The notes beneath the pieces are model-generated. The model was not told where the DNA came from and did not search any database. It saw nothing but the letters and a program-made list of their open reading frames with translations. A DNA stretch of 64,000 bases from an uncultured virus (IMG/VR IMGVR_UViG_3300028603_000036). Taxonomy: Duplodnaviria; Heunggongvirae; Uroviricota; Caudoviricetes. A program made the translations under genes and the position numbers. Shown here one piece after another: positions 8,917 to 18,313 of the stretch (its first letter is position 1; the number at the start of each line of letters is the position of its first letter). The stretch lies in IMG/VR virus record IMGVR_UViG_3300028603_000036; one strand, 5' to 3'.

Positions 8917-9214
8917 TTGCTCTTTCCTCTGCCTGTACCGGCCAGCGTCCGCCCAGGCGTGTGATGAGCTGCCGGACGCCGCGCCGCCGCTCTTTGCTGC
9001 CGCGAACAATCCAAAGCCCCGTTCCGGGCCAAAAATCCACGACCGCGCCCTGGCCGGAAACGATCAAGTGAGATCCTTCGTTCTTCGATTCAAAAGAAAT
9101 GCCAGCCTCGGTCAGCAGCCTTGATGATGACTCACGATTGCTGCTGCGCCTGCGCTGGCTTTCCTCTTTCATGGCTGGGCGCACGTCGCGCCAGTAATCT
9201 CCCATGTCGCCCAT
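8909..9214 (-). CDS. hypothetical phage protein
   Basis: RBS AGGAGG; overlaps the next gene in the operon. Confidence 0.7.
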   Translation of the reverse strand: MGDMGDYWRDVRPAMKEESQRRRSSNRESSSRLLTEAGISFESKNEGSHLIVSGQGAVVDFWPGTGLWIVRGSKERRRGVRQLITRLGGRWPVQAEERANE

Positions 9215-9235
9215 GGTGGCCTCCTGTAAGGTTTG

Positions 9236-9805
9236 TTATGAATGCGGCTCCCGTGCTGTGGCAAGGTGAGCCAGGGCGCACTTGATGGCCTCCGGCACGA
9301 GCCTGGCCGGGTCGGGGCAATCCCTGTCCGGCATGCGGATGAAGCCGAACTCAATGCCGTTGCTGATGAACTGGTCTGCCTGCTGAAGCGCCCTGACGCA
9401 CTGTGCCAGCGGCCCGGACAGCAGGCGCCGCACTTCCTTCAGCTCATGATTCCTGTACGCTGAATCGACGTAGACCCGGTGGTACTTGCTGGCGCCCACG
9501 AAAGCGTCAGCCGCTTCCTTGGTGAGATAGAACTGGCCGGTGTAGCGCCAACTCCATTCGTAGCCGGTGCGTGTCCAGTTCTCCGGCTCCTTGCCGAATC
9601 GGGTGTAGTAGCGGTCAAGGGCGCGGGATTTTTGAGGGTCGGCCAAGTCGCCCTCGCAAAACCAGCCTACATCGGAGGCGTAATCCGGGTCGATTCCCGT
9701 CACCAACACGCGCTCCTGAATGCAATACACGGGGCTGGCGGTGTATGCGTTGTCCTGCTCTTTGAGCTTGGCGGCCAGCGCGTCCAGAAACTCTACGTGA
9801 CCCAT
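9236..9805 (-). CDS. hypothetical phage protein
   Basis: 189-aa ORF coupled to upstream gene. Confidence 0.7.
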   Translation of the reverse strand: MGHVEFLDALAAKLKEQDNAYTASPVYCIQERVLVTGIDPDYASDVGWFCEGDLADPQKSRALDRYYTRFGKEPENWTRTGYEWSWRYTGQFYLTKEAADAFVGASKYHRVYVDSAYRNHELKEVRRLLSGPLAQCVRALQQADQFISNGIEFGFIRMPDRDCPDPARLVPEAIKCALAHLATAREPHS

Positions 9806-10737
9806 TACGATGCCTCCGGGAATCCGTTGTGTTCAATGCCGTTGAGCAGGCGACCGGCGGCGGACTTCCCGGCCCGCCCCATGATCGTGCCGTCTGGAAA
9901 TGTGTGCTTCTTTCCGTTGACGGGTACACCCTCCGCGTGGCCCATCATCGGAACCCACTCGCCCCATTGCTTGAACAGGAACGGCACACCTTCAGCCTCG
10001 CATTGGTCGCGCAGGCTTTGCGCCCATTCCGGGTGCATGGGGCGTGAGCCTGGGCCGCTTTCGCCGCCGGTTATCACCCAGTCAATGCGCGGGCGCAGCA
10101 TGTCGTCCATCGTTCGGAGCGCGTTTATTCTGGCCGGGGAAGCGCCGTCCTTCGCCGGAACGGGGATGTCGGTGAGCTTCACCGGCCCCAGCAGCGGCTC
10201 CATGCTCAAGAAGCGAATGGCAGCCGGTAGCGAGAGAAGCTTGGGGATGTCGCGGTCTGCTTCCTGCTGGTTCACTACCGTTATGCCCAGCCAGACATTG
10301 CTGGGAAGGCGCGGCTCATCCAGCAGGTCGAGCCAGAACAGGCGCTGGGCAACTTCCGCCATCATGGCGGCGACGTTGCCGACGCGCTTGGTGACAAGCA
10401 GCCAGTCCAGGTGAGGGGTGCGCTCAATGAGCTGGAACAGGTCGGCCCGCCAGGACGCCGGTACGGCGTTGTCGAATACGTCCGCCAATGAGGCGGAGAA
10501 GACGCGGTAGCGGATGCCCTGGCGCTCGGCGTTGGCGTTCCAGGTCAAGGGCTTGCGCCAGTATGAATCCCTGGTGCGGTGCCGCTCTGCTCCAGAACCC
10601 CACTCAACAAGCCCGCTGCGCTTTGCCCAGCCTTCGGCGTAGCAGTTGTCGCAGCCCGGCCCCACGCGCTGGCAACCATACCAGGGGTTGAAGGTGTGAT
10701 TTGCCCACTCGATTTTCGTGTTCTCGGCCATGGTCAA
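9805..10737 (-). CDS. phage Gp37/Gp68 family protein (DUF5131)
   Basis: TKIEWANHTFNPWYGCQRVGPGCDNCYA, FLSMEPLLG, WVITGGESG, FLFKQWG. Confidence 0.9.
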   Translation of the reverse strand: MTMAENTKIEWANHTFNPWYGCQRVGPGCDNCYAEGWAKRSGLVEWGSGAERHRTRDSYWRKPLTWNANAERQGIRYRVFSASLADVFDNAVPASWRADLFQLIERTPHLDWLLVTKRVGNVAAMMAEVAQRLFWLDLLDEPRLPSNVWLGITVVNQQEADRDIPKLLSLPAAIRFLSMEPLLGPVKLTDIPVPAKDGASPARINALRTMDDMLRPRIDWVITGGESGPGSRPMHPEWAQSLRDQCEAEGVPFLFKQWGEWVPMMGHAEGVPVNGKKHTFPDGTIMGRAGKSAAGRLLNGIEHNGFPEAS

Positions 10738-11261
10738 TCATCCTTGTTCTTGGCGTCGTGCTCCGCCTTCGCCTGTCGGTAGTGAGCTTCGGAGCAAAAG
10801 CCTTGGCCCATCCATAGATGGTGTGATGGGCGACCGCAGAAGCAGACAGGGAATGGGTCGGCGCGGTTGGCGTCAAACCATGCTTGCGCCTCTTTTCCAT
10901 ACGGCTCATCCTCGTCAGGGATGTGGCCGGGGCCGAATAGACCGTTTTGAATCCAGACCATGGCCGCATCAGCACCCCGTCCGTGCTGCCACTCAATCCA
11001 TGCTGCCTGGTTGGCTACCACCATGTCGTGGATGATCTTGCCCAGGTCGTTGCCAACGCTCTTGAGTCTGGCTACTTCGTTCTCAAGCGCGTGACTTCGG
11101 TCGCGCAGGATCTGCTGAATCAAGGCATCAACGGCCATTTCGCTGCCGAACTCCACGTAGCCCTGGGCGTTGATTCTGCCGCCGACGTGGGCCACGCGCT
11201 GCGCCAGCGTCATGCCCTTGGTGGGGCTGTCGGCGGCTGGTGTTTTGCTTTCTTCTGTCAT
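10734..11261 (-). CDS. hypothetical protein with C-terminal Cys motif
   Basis: 4-bp overlaps on both sides; CFCG..FCSEAH. Confidence 0.7.
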   Translation of the reverse strand: MTEESKTPAADSPTKGMTLAQRVAHVGGRINAQGYVEFGSEMAVDALIQQILRDRSHALENEVARLKSVGNDLGKIIHDMVVANQAAWIEWQHGRGADAAMVWIQNGLFGPGHIPDEDEPYGKEAQAWFDANRADPFPVCFCGRPSHHLWMGQGFCSEAHYRQAKAEHDAKNKDD

Positions 11262-11452
11262 TTCGACCTCAATTGGTTCATGTGTTCCAGGACATCACGC
11301 TCGGCGGACTCGGTGACGGGGTGATGCCCCAGCGCGCGCCCGCACTGGCCGTCTTCCAGTGCGGCGATGGTCAATTGCTCCACCAGCTCGGTGTGCTCTT
11401 TCTTCCATCGCTCCAGGGCTTCGTGGGAAAGGTTGATGATGGCCGCTGTCAT
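11258..11452 (-). CDS. hypothetical protein
   Basis: 4-bp overlaps on both sides. Confidence 0.6.
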   Translation of the reverse strand: MTAAIINLSHEALERWKKEHTELVEQLTIAALEDGQCGRALGHHPVTESAERDVLEHMNQLRSK

Positions 11453-11982
11453 GCTTCAGCGCCGGACAGGGCGGCTTGTTGCTTGGCGTCCTGAATTCGG
11501 CTCAAGTGCGTCAGGTAGTAGACGGCGGCTTCCACCTCTTCCGGCATCAATATCTGAGGGTCGCGGTTGCGGGTTTCGTCCAGTAGGCCAATGGAGAAAA
11601 TCAAGGAGCCATGCTTCGGGCCGTAGCCGTAGCCATGGTCTGATCGTTGACCGTGCCAGCGGTCGTAGCTCTTCGTGCTGAAGTGCTGTTCCCACAGTTT
11701 GCCGCCGCCGTGCAGGGATAATTCCTTGATGGCATCATGCAGGGCGCTGGCGCGATCCTCCCCGGCGCTGGCGTAGCTGCCATGAACGCGCAACACGGTT
11801 TCTGCCAGGGCAATCTGGTCGCTATCAAGGCCAGAGACAGACTCGTTTATGGACTGCCTGATCTTGGAGATTCGTTCCCGAATGGCGGTGCGGTTGGCGT
11901 TGTATTCGTCATCCAGGCTCTTCAGCGACTGCTGGGCGGCGTGTAGTGCCACATAAGATTCTGTCAGTCTGCTACTCCGCAT
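11449..11982 (-). CDS. hypothetical protein
   Basis: ORF coupled to the end of rdgC; start approximate. Confidence 0.65.
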   Translation of the reverse strand: MRSSRLTESYVALHAAQQSLKSLDDEYNANRTAIRERISKIRQSINESVSGLDSDQIALAETVLRVHGSYASAGEDRASALHDAIKELSLHGGGKLWEQHFSTKSYDRWHGQRSDHGYGYGPKHGSLIFSIGLLDETRNRDPQILMPEEVEAAVYYLTHLSRIQDAKQQAALSGAEA

Positions 11983-12871
11983 GGCGTTCACCTCCAAGCC
12001 CTTCCACCAGGTCATCAATCAGCCGGGAAAGCTCGCCGCTCATCAGGGTGAAATCGGAATCGAATTGCTCGGTTTCGTCTTCGGCAGGGGCGCGGCCCTC
12101 TTGCAGCACGTCCAGCGGCACAATGCGCTTCAGCTCCATGCCGTCGGTGAGCATGAAAGAAACCTTATCCGCCCAGGTCAGCGCCATGCGGGTGCATTGC
12201 TTACCGGCTTCGACGTGGCGCCGGGCGTCGTCCAGCTCCACGGTTTCGCGGACATATCGCACCGCGCCGCCGCTTTCTGACGTGGAGCGCAGCTCGGTGT
12301 CGCTGTCGATGGTGAAGTTGGCTGGCGGTTCATCGCTGATAAGCCAGTTGGACATGGCTGCCGCCGGTGACACCTCGGTGTAGAGCGGCATGGCGGGGAA
12401 GGGGTCAAGCGCCTTGGCAAGAGCGCCCATTACCTCATCGCTCTTTGCTGCCGTGGCCGTGTCGATCACCAGCCAGCGGTTCTTGATGTCAATCCACACG
12501 CGGGTGTCGCGGTACTGGCTGAATGCCTTGGGAAGCAGCTCATCGGTGATCTGCTCCTTGATTTCCTTCATCTGCCTGCGGCCAGGCCGGTAGCCTTGCT
12601 GCTCTTCGACCTCTTTGGCGCGGGCGGCGGTGAATTGGTTGATGACGGTCGTTGGCAGAATCTTCGACTCCACGCGCAGCGTCAGCAGGTAGTTGCCGTC
12701 GATGGCATGCACCAGGCCGGATTCAGGGCGAGGTGGAACCCAGCCCATTGCCGTCATTTCAGTTGCACCGCCAGGGCGAAACGCCGTTGCCCCCAGAGCA
12801 TCCTCAAGGGCAGTGGCGTCCAGGCTCCAGGCGGGTGAAAGCCGGAAGATTCTTAGGTTTTTGAACCACAT
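11972..12871 (-). CDS. rdgC: recombination-associated protein RdgC
   Basis: MWFKNLRIFRL, MGWVPP, LLPKAFS, FDSDFTLM. Confidence 0.95.
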   Translation of the reverse strand: MWFKNLRIFRLSPAWSLDATALEDALGATAFRPGGATEMTAMGWVPPRPESGLVHAIDGNYLLTLRVESKILPTTVINQFTAARAKEVEEQQGYRPGRRQMKEIKEQITDELLPKAFSQYRDTRVWIDIKNRWLVIDTATAAKSDEVMGALAKALDPFPAMPLYTEVSPAAAMSNWLISDEPPANFTIDSDTELRSTSESGGAVRYVRETVELDDARRHVEAGKQCTRMALTWADKVSFMLTDGMELKRIVPLDVLQEGRAPAEDETEQFDSDFTLMSGELSRLIDDLVEGLGGERHAE

Positions 12872-12892
12872 GATGAATTCCTTTTGTTGGGC

Positions 12893-13267
12893 CTATTCGG
12901 CGTGGCCCGTGTTGATCTGCATAGGGGTGGATTCGACAATGGCGATGATTTCGCTCATGGCTTCGCGTGTGCTGATTCCGCCTTCTGCCTGATGTCTTTG
13001 AATGACGGCGGAAATTTGGGTTAGGGCCGCCTCCGCGCCAACTTCCTGGCTTTTTTCAATCGCCGGAATGGGGCGCAGCTTGGGGAAATCTTTTATGCGA
13101 CACGCTTCTTCTATCGCTGCTTTTAAGGAGGCAACAATCGGCCTAGTGTCCTCATCATCCAATGTGATTGATTCGATGCCTCCGCATGACGGGCAAAAAC
13201 GAATGGCGGGATTTTGCCCGGCCAGCGCCGGGCTGGCCGGGGGGCTGCCGTGATGCTGGCCGTCCAT
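12893..13267 (-). CDS. hypothetical protein
   Basis: 124 aa with CPSC motif; abuts upstream gene. Confidence 0.55.
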   Translation of the reverse strand: MDGQHHGSPPASPALAGQNPAIRFCPSCGGIESITLDDEDTRPIVASLKAAIEEACRIKDFPKLRPIPAIEKSQEVGAEAALTQISAVIQRHQAEGGISTREAMSEIIAIVESTPMQINTGHAE

Positions 13268-15300
13268 TACGCCGCTACCTCTTCTGGGTGGTATTTCTTG
13301 AACGGCAGGCTTTGCAGGTGCTTGCCGAAGTAGGTGCCGACGGATTCGGCCCCGATGAAGTCGGCATGCGTCTGCGGGTCTACGTCCGGGTAGTGATAGA
13401 TCGCGCCGTTCCCGCGTGTGAACGTCACGGCCAGGGTGCGGGTGGCTTCGTCGTAGCCGATAGCCTTGATCTTGTTGGATTCCACCGGCTCCATGGGGAT
13501 GTGCTGGTAGGTTGCTGCGTCATCAAAAGCGGCTGCTGGGGTACGTGCCATGTCGTGGCTCCTTTCTTGGGGTTGGTTGATCTGCGCTGCATGGGCGCGC
13601 GCAGCAGACGTGAGGCGCGCGATCAGGGCTTGGCAGATTCGGGGGAAATCGCTCTCGTGATAGAGCTTTGCGGACTTCTCGGTGGCCGCATGCGCAAAGC
13701 CAATGTTCGCCAGCCCGTCAGCGGTCAGCGTGATGGGCGACAGGCGTTCATTGATCTGGCCCAGGCGGAGCGTGGGCGCGGAGTCAGCGGCCTCCGGTGT
13801 TGGCTGCTCATCCAGCAGGCCGCTGAAGGTGCTGGTGCCAACAAAGGCGGGCGACTGGCTCGCTAGGCTGGCCGGGCCGTTGTTTTCAATGACTGTGGCG
13901 GCGGGCGATTCGATAGCTGTATTGGCCTTTGCTTCTGCCGGGAGCTGCTGCGCCTCTTGCTCAAGCTCCTTGCGGATTTGTTCACGCTGCTCTTCAAGTC
14001 GGTCGGCTTCGGCCTTTTCGTGCGCCTCGATGCGGGTGGTGATCGTCAGGGCGAAGTCTTCCAGCGGCTTGGCGATGAGCTGCTGCAAGTCGGCCAGCAG
14101 GGCGCGGTGCTGCGATGCGTTCTCTTCCACCCAGAGCAGCTTTTCATGGACTTCGGCGGCGATCTTGTCGGCGTCGATTTTGCCGTTTGCCAGGGCGGTG
14201 TCGAGCTTGTCCTGCATGCTCGTGAACGTGCGCAGCCCTTTGATGGCGGCGGCGAAGTCGGGCGCCCTAACGTCGATGCGGACGCCCTGGATGCCTTTTT
14301 GCAGGTCGGCAACGTAGCTGGTGAATGCCTGCGCTGCGTTGCGCACAATCTCTTCGCGCCTGCGCTTTTTCTCGGCCTCCAGCAAGCGTTCAGCGATCAG
14401 GCGGTTGTCGCGCACCAGCTTCGCCAGCATGTTTTTATGCCGCTTGGCCTCGTCCACGCTCTGGATCTGCGCCAGCATCATGTCTTCGGCGGCGTCGAGC
14501 TTTTCCTCGGCCTCCTTCATGGCCTTGATCTGCCGGTCGAGGTCAACGAAATCCTGGTCGCTCTCCGGCTTGCGAATCAGCTTGTTGTCCAGGAAGTCTT
14601 GCAACGCTTGCTCGAAGACTTTGAAGTTGTCGATCACGTCGATCTGGCCGGACACACGTACCGAAACTGCGGGCAGAGACTGCACCGGCTCGGCCACCAG
14701 CACCGGCACGACCTCGGGCAGCTCGTAGCCTGCCAGGTCGCGGTCAAACTGCGCCCAGCCCGCCTTGATTCGTTCTTGCCAGTCGGGGTCTGGGAAGACC
14801 TCCATCCACTCCATCTTGTCGGGAGTGCCGTCCGACACAACGAAGATCACCCGGCGCGCGCCGGTGATGAGCAGGATTTGCTGGCACTGCGGCATGTGCT
14901 CTTCGGGCAGGACGCCTGTGGCCACCGATTCGGCCAGCGCGGCGTTCCATTGTTTGTGCTCAAAGGCGGTGTCGCCGTCCAGGGTCAGACCGTCGCATGA
15001 CGCGGACAGGTGGCCGCCTTCGTCTTCATTCGAGCACGTTACCGGGTACAAGTCGTCACCGGCGATTTCTTCCGCAAGCGGGCGGGCCTTGGCTTCGACC
15101 TTGTGGCCGTAGTCCAGGATGTGCTCCTGCACCCAGTCCGAAAACTCCTTGGGGGTGCCGGTGTGCTTCATGCGCAGCAGCTCGGAGCGGGTCGTTTTTT
15201 TCGACAGGCCCAGCATGGCGGCGGCTTCGCTGGCGCCGTGGTGTTCCAGCCGGAATGCCTGCCACTCCGGGCTACCCTGGACAAGATTGTGGATCTTCAT
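13267..15300 (-). CDS. YqaJ/lambda-type exonuclease with coiled-coil region and C-terminal KTSC domain
   Basis: QGSPEWQAFR, ASEAAAMLG, SASCDG, FEHK; C-terminus PVESNKIKAIGYD..IYHYPDV..AESVGTYF. Confidence 0.88.
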   Translation of the reverse strand: MKIHNLVQGSPEWQAFRLEHHGASEAAAMLGLSKKTTRSELLRMKHTGTPKEFSDWVQEHILDYGHKVEAKARPLAEEIAGDDLYPVTCSNEDEGGHLSASCDGLTLDGDTAFEHKQWNAALAESVATGVLPEEHMPQCQQILLITGARRVIFVVSDGTPDKMEWMEVFPDPDWQERIKAGWAQFDRDLAGYELPEVVPVLVAEPVQSLPAVSVRVSGQIDVIDNFKVFEQALQDFLDNKLIRKPESDQDFVDLDRQIKAMKEAEEKLDAAEDMMLAQIQSVDEAKRHKNMLAKLVRDNRLIAERLLEAEKKRRREEIVRNAAQAFTSYVADLQKGIQGVRIDVRAPDFAAAIKGLRTFTSMQDKLDTALANGKIDADKIAAEVHEKLLWVEENASQHRALLADLQQLIAKPLEDFALTITTRIEAHEKAEADRLEEQREQIRKELEQEAQQLPAEAKANTAIESPAATVIENNGPASLASQSPAFVGTSTFSGLLDEQPTPEAADSAPTLRLGQINERLSPITLTADGLANIGFAHAATEKSAKLYHESDFPRICQALIARLTSAARAHAAQINQPQERSHDMARTPAAAFDDAATYQHIPMEPVESNKIKAIGYDEATRTLAVTFTRGNGAIYHYPDVDPQTHADFIGAESVGTYFGKHLQSLPFKKYHPEEVAA

Positions 15301-15306
15301 TTGGTG

Positions 15307-16005
15307 TTACTCCGTTTTTGCCCAGGACGCGATTTCGGCTTTTTGCTCGTCGGTCAGCAGGGTTTTGGTTTCGATCATGGCGATCATGTCGGCCACCGGC
15401 TTTCCAGCCGTGACCAGCCGCTTCCAGCCTTCGGTTTTCTGCGCGAAGGTGTCGGGGGTGCATTCAGGGAGTCCGCCTGGCTCCGTGCGGGTGGCGGGTT
15501 TGTTGGAGCGGGCCGCGTCGTTCGATTTGCCCTTGGTTGGCGCATCCTGAACAGGCGCGCCGTCCTCGTCCAAGTCGTCGTCGGACGTGAGACCCAGGAT
15601 TGCGCCGTAGGCATAGCGCCGTAGGTATGTCACGACGGCGCCGAACGCCTTGGGGTCGTGGAAGTCGTTCGCAACTTTCAGGCGTGACGTGACTGTTCCG
15701 CCGTCTTTGTGTCCGAGAATCGTCTCGATGACGGCCTCTGGAACCCGGCCCTCAAGGTCGTTGATGGGTTGGATGACGAACAGCCCGTTGTCCGCCAGCG
15801 GCTGCTTGACCGATTCACGCATGACAGACAGGTCGGCGTAGCGGAATGAGTACGGCGCGCTGTCACGCGGCCTGATTTGAACCAGACGGTTCTTCTTGAT
15901 TTCGGGGAAAGCGCCCTGGGCCACGGCCAGCGCGGCAAACAGGGCATTCCTGCCGGGGTGATCTGCAATCGTGGTGCGATTTTCAATGATCGGGATGGTG
16001 CTCAT
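15307..16005 (-). CDS. ERF-family ssDNA annealing protein
   Basis: FRYADLS..PLADNGL, FGAVVTYLRRY..DDDLD. Confidence 0.9.
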   Translation of the reverse strand: MSTIPIIENRTTIADHPGRNALFAALAVAQGAFPEIKKNRLVQIRPRDSAPYSFRYADLSVMRESVKQPLADNGLFVIQPINDLEGRVPEAVIETILGHKDGGTVTSRLKVANDFHDPKAFGAVVTYLRRYAYGAILGLTSDDDLDEDGAPVQDAPTKGKSNDAARSNKPATRTEPGGLPECTPDTFAQKTEGWKRLVTAGKPVADMIAMIETKTLLTDEQKAEIASWAKTE

Positions 16006-16015
16006 GGTTGATTCC

Positions 16016-16411
16016 TCATGCATCGCAGCTTGAGCAGCGCCGACTGCTGCAACCTGCGCAGGGGTGGTTCTCTGCCTCTTTGTTGATCTGCCGTTCCGCT
16101 TCGCTGCGGGCGGCGGCTTCCCAGTAATCGCGCGTCAGCTTTTCCAGCGCCTGGCCCGCTGCTGCCGTGTCACCCTCGCGCAGCAAGTCGGCCAGGCGCG
16201 TCACCGCCTGGTCGTCGGCTTCGCACAGGGCTTCGCATAGGTTCTGCGGGTCGAATGGCGTAAAGCCGGGCGTCTCCATCAGCTCGGCGGCGCGGTCGCC
16301 AATGGCGGAGTCGCTGGGGCCGTCATCGTCGGCCCTGGGGTCGTTGGGGTGGCCGCTGTATGGCGGCCATGTTGCTTAGTCGCCGAAGCCGGGCATGGAT
16401 GTCAGGTTCAT
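16016..16411 (-). pseudogene. small phage gene interrupted by in-frame TAA at codon 12 (or shorter gene 16016-16279)
   Basis: MNLTSMPGFGD*ATWPPYSGHPNDPR... continues in frame into ORF 16016-16279. Confidence 0.55.
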
Positions 16412-16511
16412 AGCGTCACCTTTGCCAAGCCCCAGGAACGGCGGCGGCCATAGCCGCACCGGCGGTAGTGCCGGTAGTCGGCAAAGAGCTTCAGCGTCTT
16501 GCGGATTCTCT

Positions 16512-16712
16512 TCATCGCGCGGCCCTCACGCTGACTTTGCAGAACCCGAACCGCTCAAAAGCGTCAATCGCCGCGCCGCAGGTGCTGCGGTGCAGGGCGG
16601 TGTAGCTATGGCGGTCGCCGGATGCCGTGGTTACGTTCACCTGGCAGGGGATAAGCCGGGTGGCAGGACGCGCGGCAGGGGATGCCGCACTTTTCAATGT
16701 CGTGGCGCCCAT
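16512..16712 (-). CDS. hypothetical small protein
   Basis: RBS AAGGAG; 66 aa. Confidence 0.65.
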   Translation of the reverse strand: MGATTLKSAASPAARPATRLIPCQVNVTTASGDRHSYTALHRSTCGAAIDAFERFGFCKVSVRAAR

Positions 16713-16730
16713 ATCGCGCTCCTTTGTCTG

Positions 16731-16760
16731 AAAAAAGAAAACGCCCCTGGCGGGGCGTTT
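16731..16760 (-). terminator. intrinsic terminator downstream of the DGR2 target
   Basis: AAACGCCCC-GCCA-GGGGCGTTT then TCTTTTTT on the minus strand. Confidence 0.8.
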
Positions 16761-16766
16761 GGGTGC

Positions 16767-16783
16767 GGCCCGCTCGGCGGGCC
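16767..16783 (-). promoter_or_regulatory. DGR2 post-VR hairpin
   Basis: GGCCCGC-CGA-GCGGGCC, perfect 7-bp stem about 40 bp after VR2. Confidence 0.6.
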
Positions 16784-16814
16784 TTCCCGGTCATGACACA
16801 AGTCTCAAAAGGCA

Positions 16815-17780
16815 CTACACCTTTGCGAGACGACCCCCGAGAAGGGAGTAGGAGATCTCCGCGCCGTCGTAGACGTTGAGATGGAAGAGGCCAGCGTCCT
16901 CGCCGCCGCCCCAATTGCCGCCGTGGTAGGCAACGGCGTTGCGGCAGGCCCAAAAGTAGTCACCGAACGCGCTCTTGTCGCGGTCGTCATACGTCTTCTT
17001 GGGTAGGAACATCGCGCCAAGGTCGAAACCTTCACCGCTTCTGTTCGAGCGGCGGCGGAACCATCCGCTGTCGGGAGCCTGAACGCCGGTGTTGCGATAC
17101 TCGCGGCTGCCGCCTTCATCCCAGACCAGGTAGCGGCCTTCGTTGTCAGTGCGCAGGCCGTCCACCATCTGCCAGACGTTGCCCCACAGGCCGCTGATGC
17201 CGCGCCACGACGCGCTCATTACGCGGGGGTCGTCCACCGGCTGTACGCCGCCGCCGTCAACATGACCACGGGCGATAGCGGTCTGGGCATCCGGGGTGCC
17301 TAGCTCGATAAGTGCCAGCATCTGCACCGCCGCAAGCTGGTGGGCGCTCCACAGCATCCAGCCGTCGCCGCGCGCTGCGGCGCGGGCCTGCATGGTCGGG
17401 AAGTCGATATTGGTCAGCGGCATATGTCCGGGCTGGCTGCCCAGCATGTCGCCGTCCGGGGTGCCTTGGTACGCGCCCAACCAGAACCGGCCAAGGTCTT
17501 CGCCCTGGTGGCGGAACGCCGGGTGCAGCTTGAAGCCGTCTTCCGGGCCGGGGCTGCACCAGATTGCCTTCTTACCGGCGTTGTCGCCGTGCTTGATGGT
17601 CGTGGAGCGGTAGTAGTAGGCGGGGATCTCGATCATGTGCTGATCGTCAAAGAGTGCGGGCTTGATGCCTGCATAGAGCGCGTCGAATGCGCCCGGCTCG
17701 ACTTCGACGCTGTTGCCGTCGGCGTCAACGCGCTGCCAGTCGGTCAGTTTCTTGCCGACGATGATTCCTTGAATGCTCAT
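16815..17780 (-). CDS. DGR2 target protein (CLec-fold), remote from its cassette
   Basis: WRGISGLWGNVWQMVDG; ends YHGGNWGGGEDAGLFHLNVYDGAEISYSLLGGRLAKV; carries VR2. Confidence 0.93.
   Translation of the reverse strand: MSIQGIIVGKKLTDWQRVDADGNSVEVEPGAFDALYAGIKPALFDDQHMIEIPAYYYRSTTIKHGDNAGKKAIWCSPGPEDGFKLHPAFRHQGEDLGRFWLGAYQGTPDGDMLGSQPGHMPLTNIDFPTMQARAAARGDGWMLWSAHQLAAVQMLALIELGTPDAQTAIARGHVDGGGVQPVDDPRVMSASWRGISGLWGNVWQMVDGLRTDNEGRYLVWDEGGSREYRNTGVQAPDSGWFRRRSNRSGEGFDLGAMFLPKKTYDDRDKSAFGDYFWACRNAVAYHGGNWGGGEDAGLFHLNVYDGAEISYSLLGGRLAKV
16822..16923 (-). repeat. DGR2 variable repeat (VR2)
   Basis: Matches TR2; 8 substitutions, all at TR adenines. Confidence 0.97.
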
Positions 17781-17804
17781 GGGTGGATTCCTTGATAGGG
17801 AGGG

Positions 17805-18278
17805 TTACTGCTGGGGTTTGAGGCGGCTTGCTTCGAGAATCGGCAAACCGGCTTCGGTCGGAACGTAGATCACCTGGGCGCCCTGCGCGCGGGCTTCTTT
17901 CAGGCTTTCGATATGCAGGTAGCGCAGGTAGCCTTCAGGGCCGCCCAGGCCGTCGGCCACGATGCGGTTTGCTTCGGCCACGCCAAGCGCGCGGGTGATT
18001 TCGGCGTCGGCCAGCGCCTGGGCCGAATCCTTGATTGCCGCCGCTTCGAGCACCTTGATCTGTCGGTTGAACTCGGCCTCGGCCAGTTGGGCCTTGCCGG
18101 ACATCGAGCGCTGCCAGACGTTGGCGTAGGGGTAGGCCAGTAGCCCGGCTATGGCGATGATGACGCCGACGGCGATGGTGACAAGCCCTGGCGTTGAGCT
18201 GCGCAGCGAGTCGGCCAGGACGTAGCCGACAAAGCCGACGATGAGGCCAATGATGAGAATGACGATGGTGATAAGCAT
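17805..18278 (-). CDS. membrane protein, SPFH/band-7-like coiled-coil tail
   Basis: Two TM segments; AEITRALGVAEANRI..YLRYL..IYVPTEAGLPILEA. Confidence 0.7.
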   Translation of the reverse strand: MLITIVILIIGLIVGFVGYVLADSLRSSTPGLVTIAVGVIIAIAGLLAYPYANVWQRSMSGKAQLAEAEFNRQIKVLEAAAIKDSAQALADAEITRALGVAEANRIVADGLGGPEGYLRYLHIESLKEARAQGAQVIYVPTEAGLPILEASRLKPQQ

Positions 18279-18313
18279 GGGGTGGTGGTTCCTGTGGTGG
18301 GGTGGTTGGTAAT

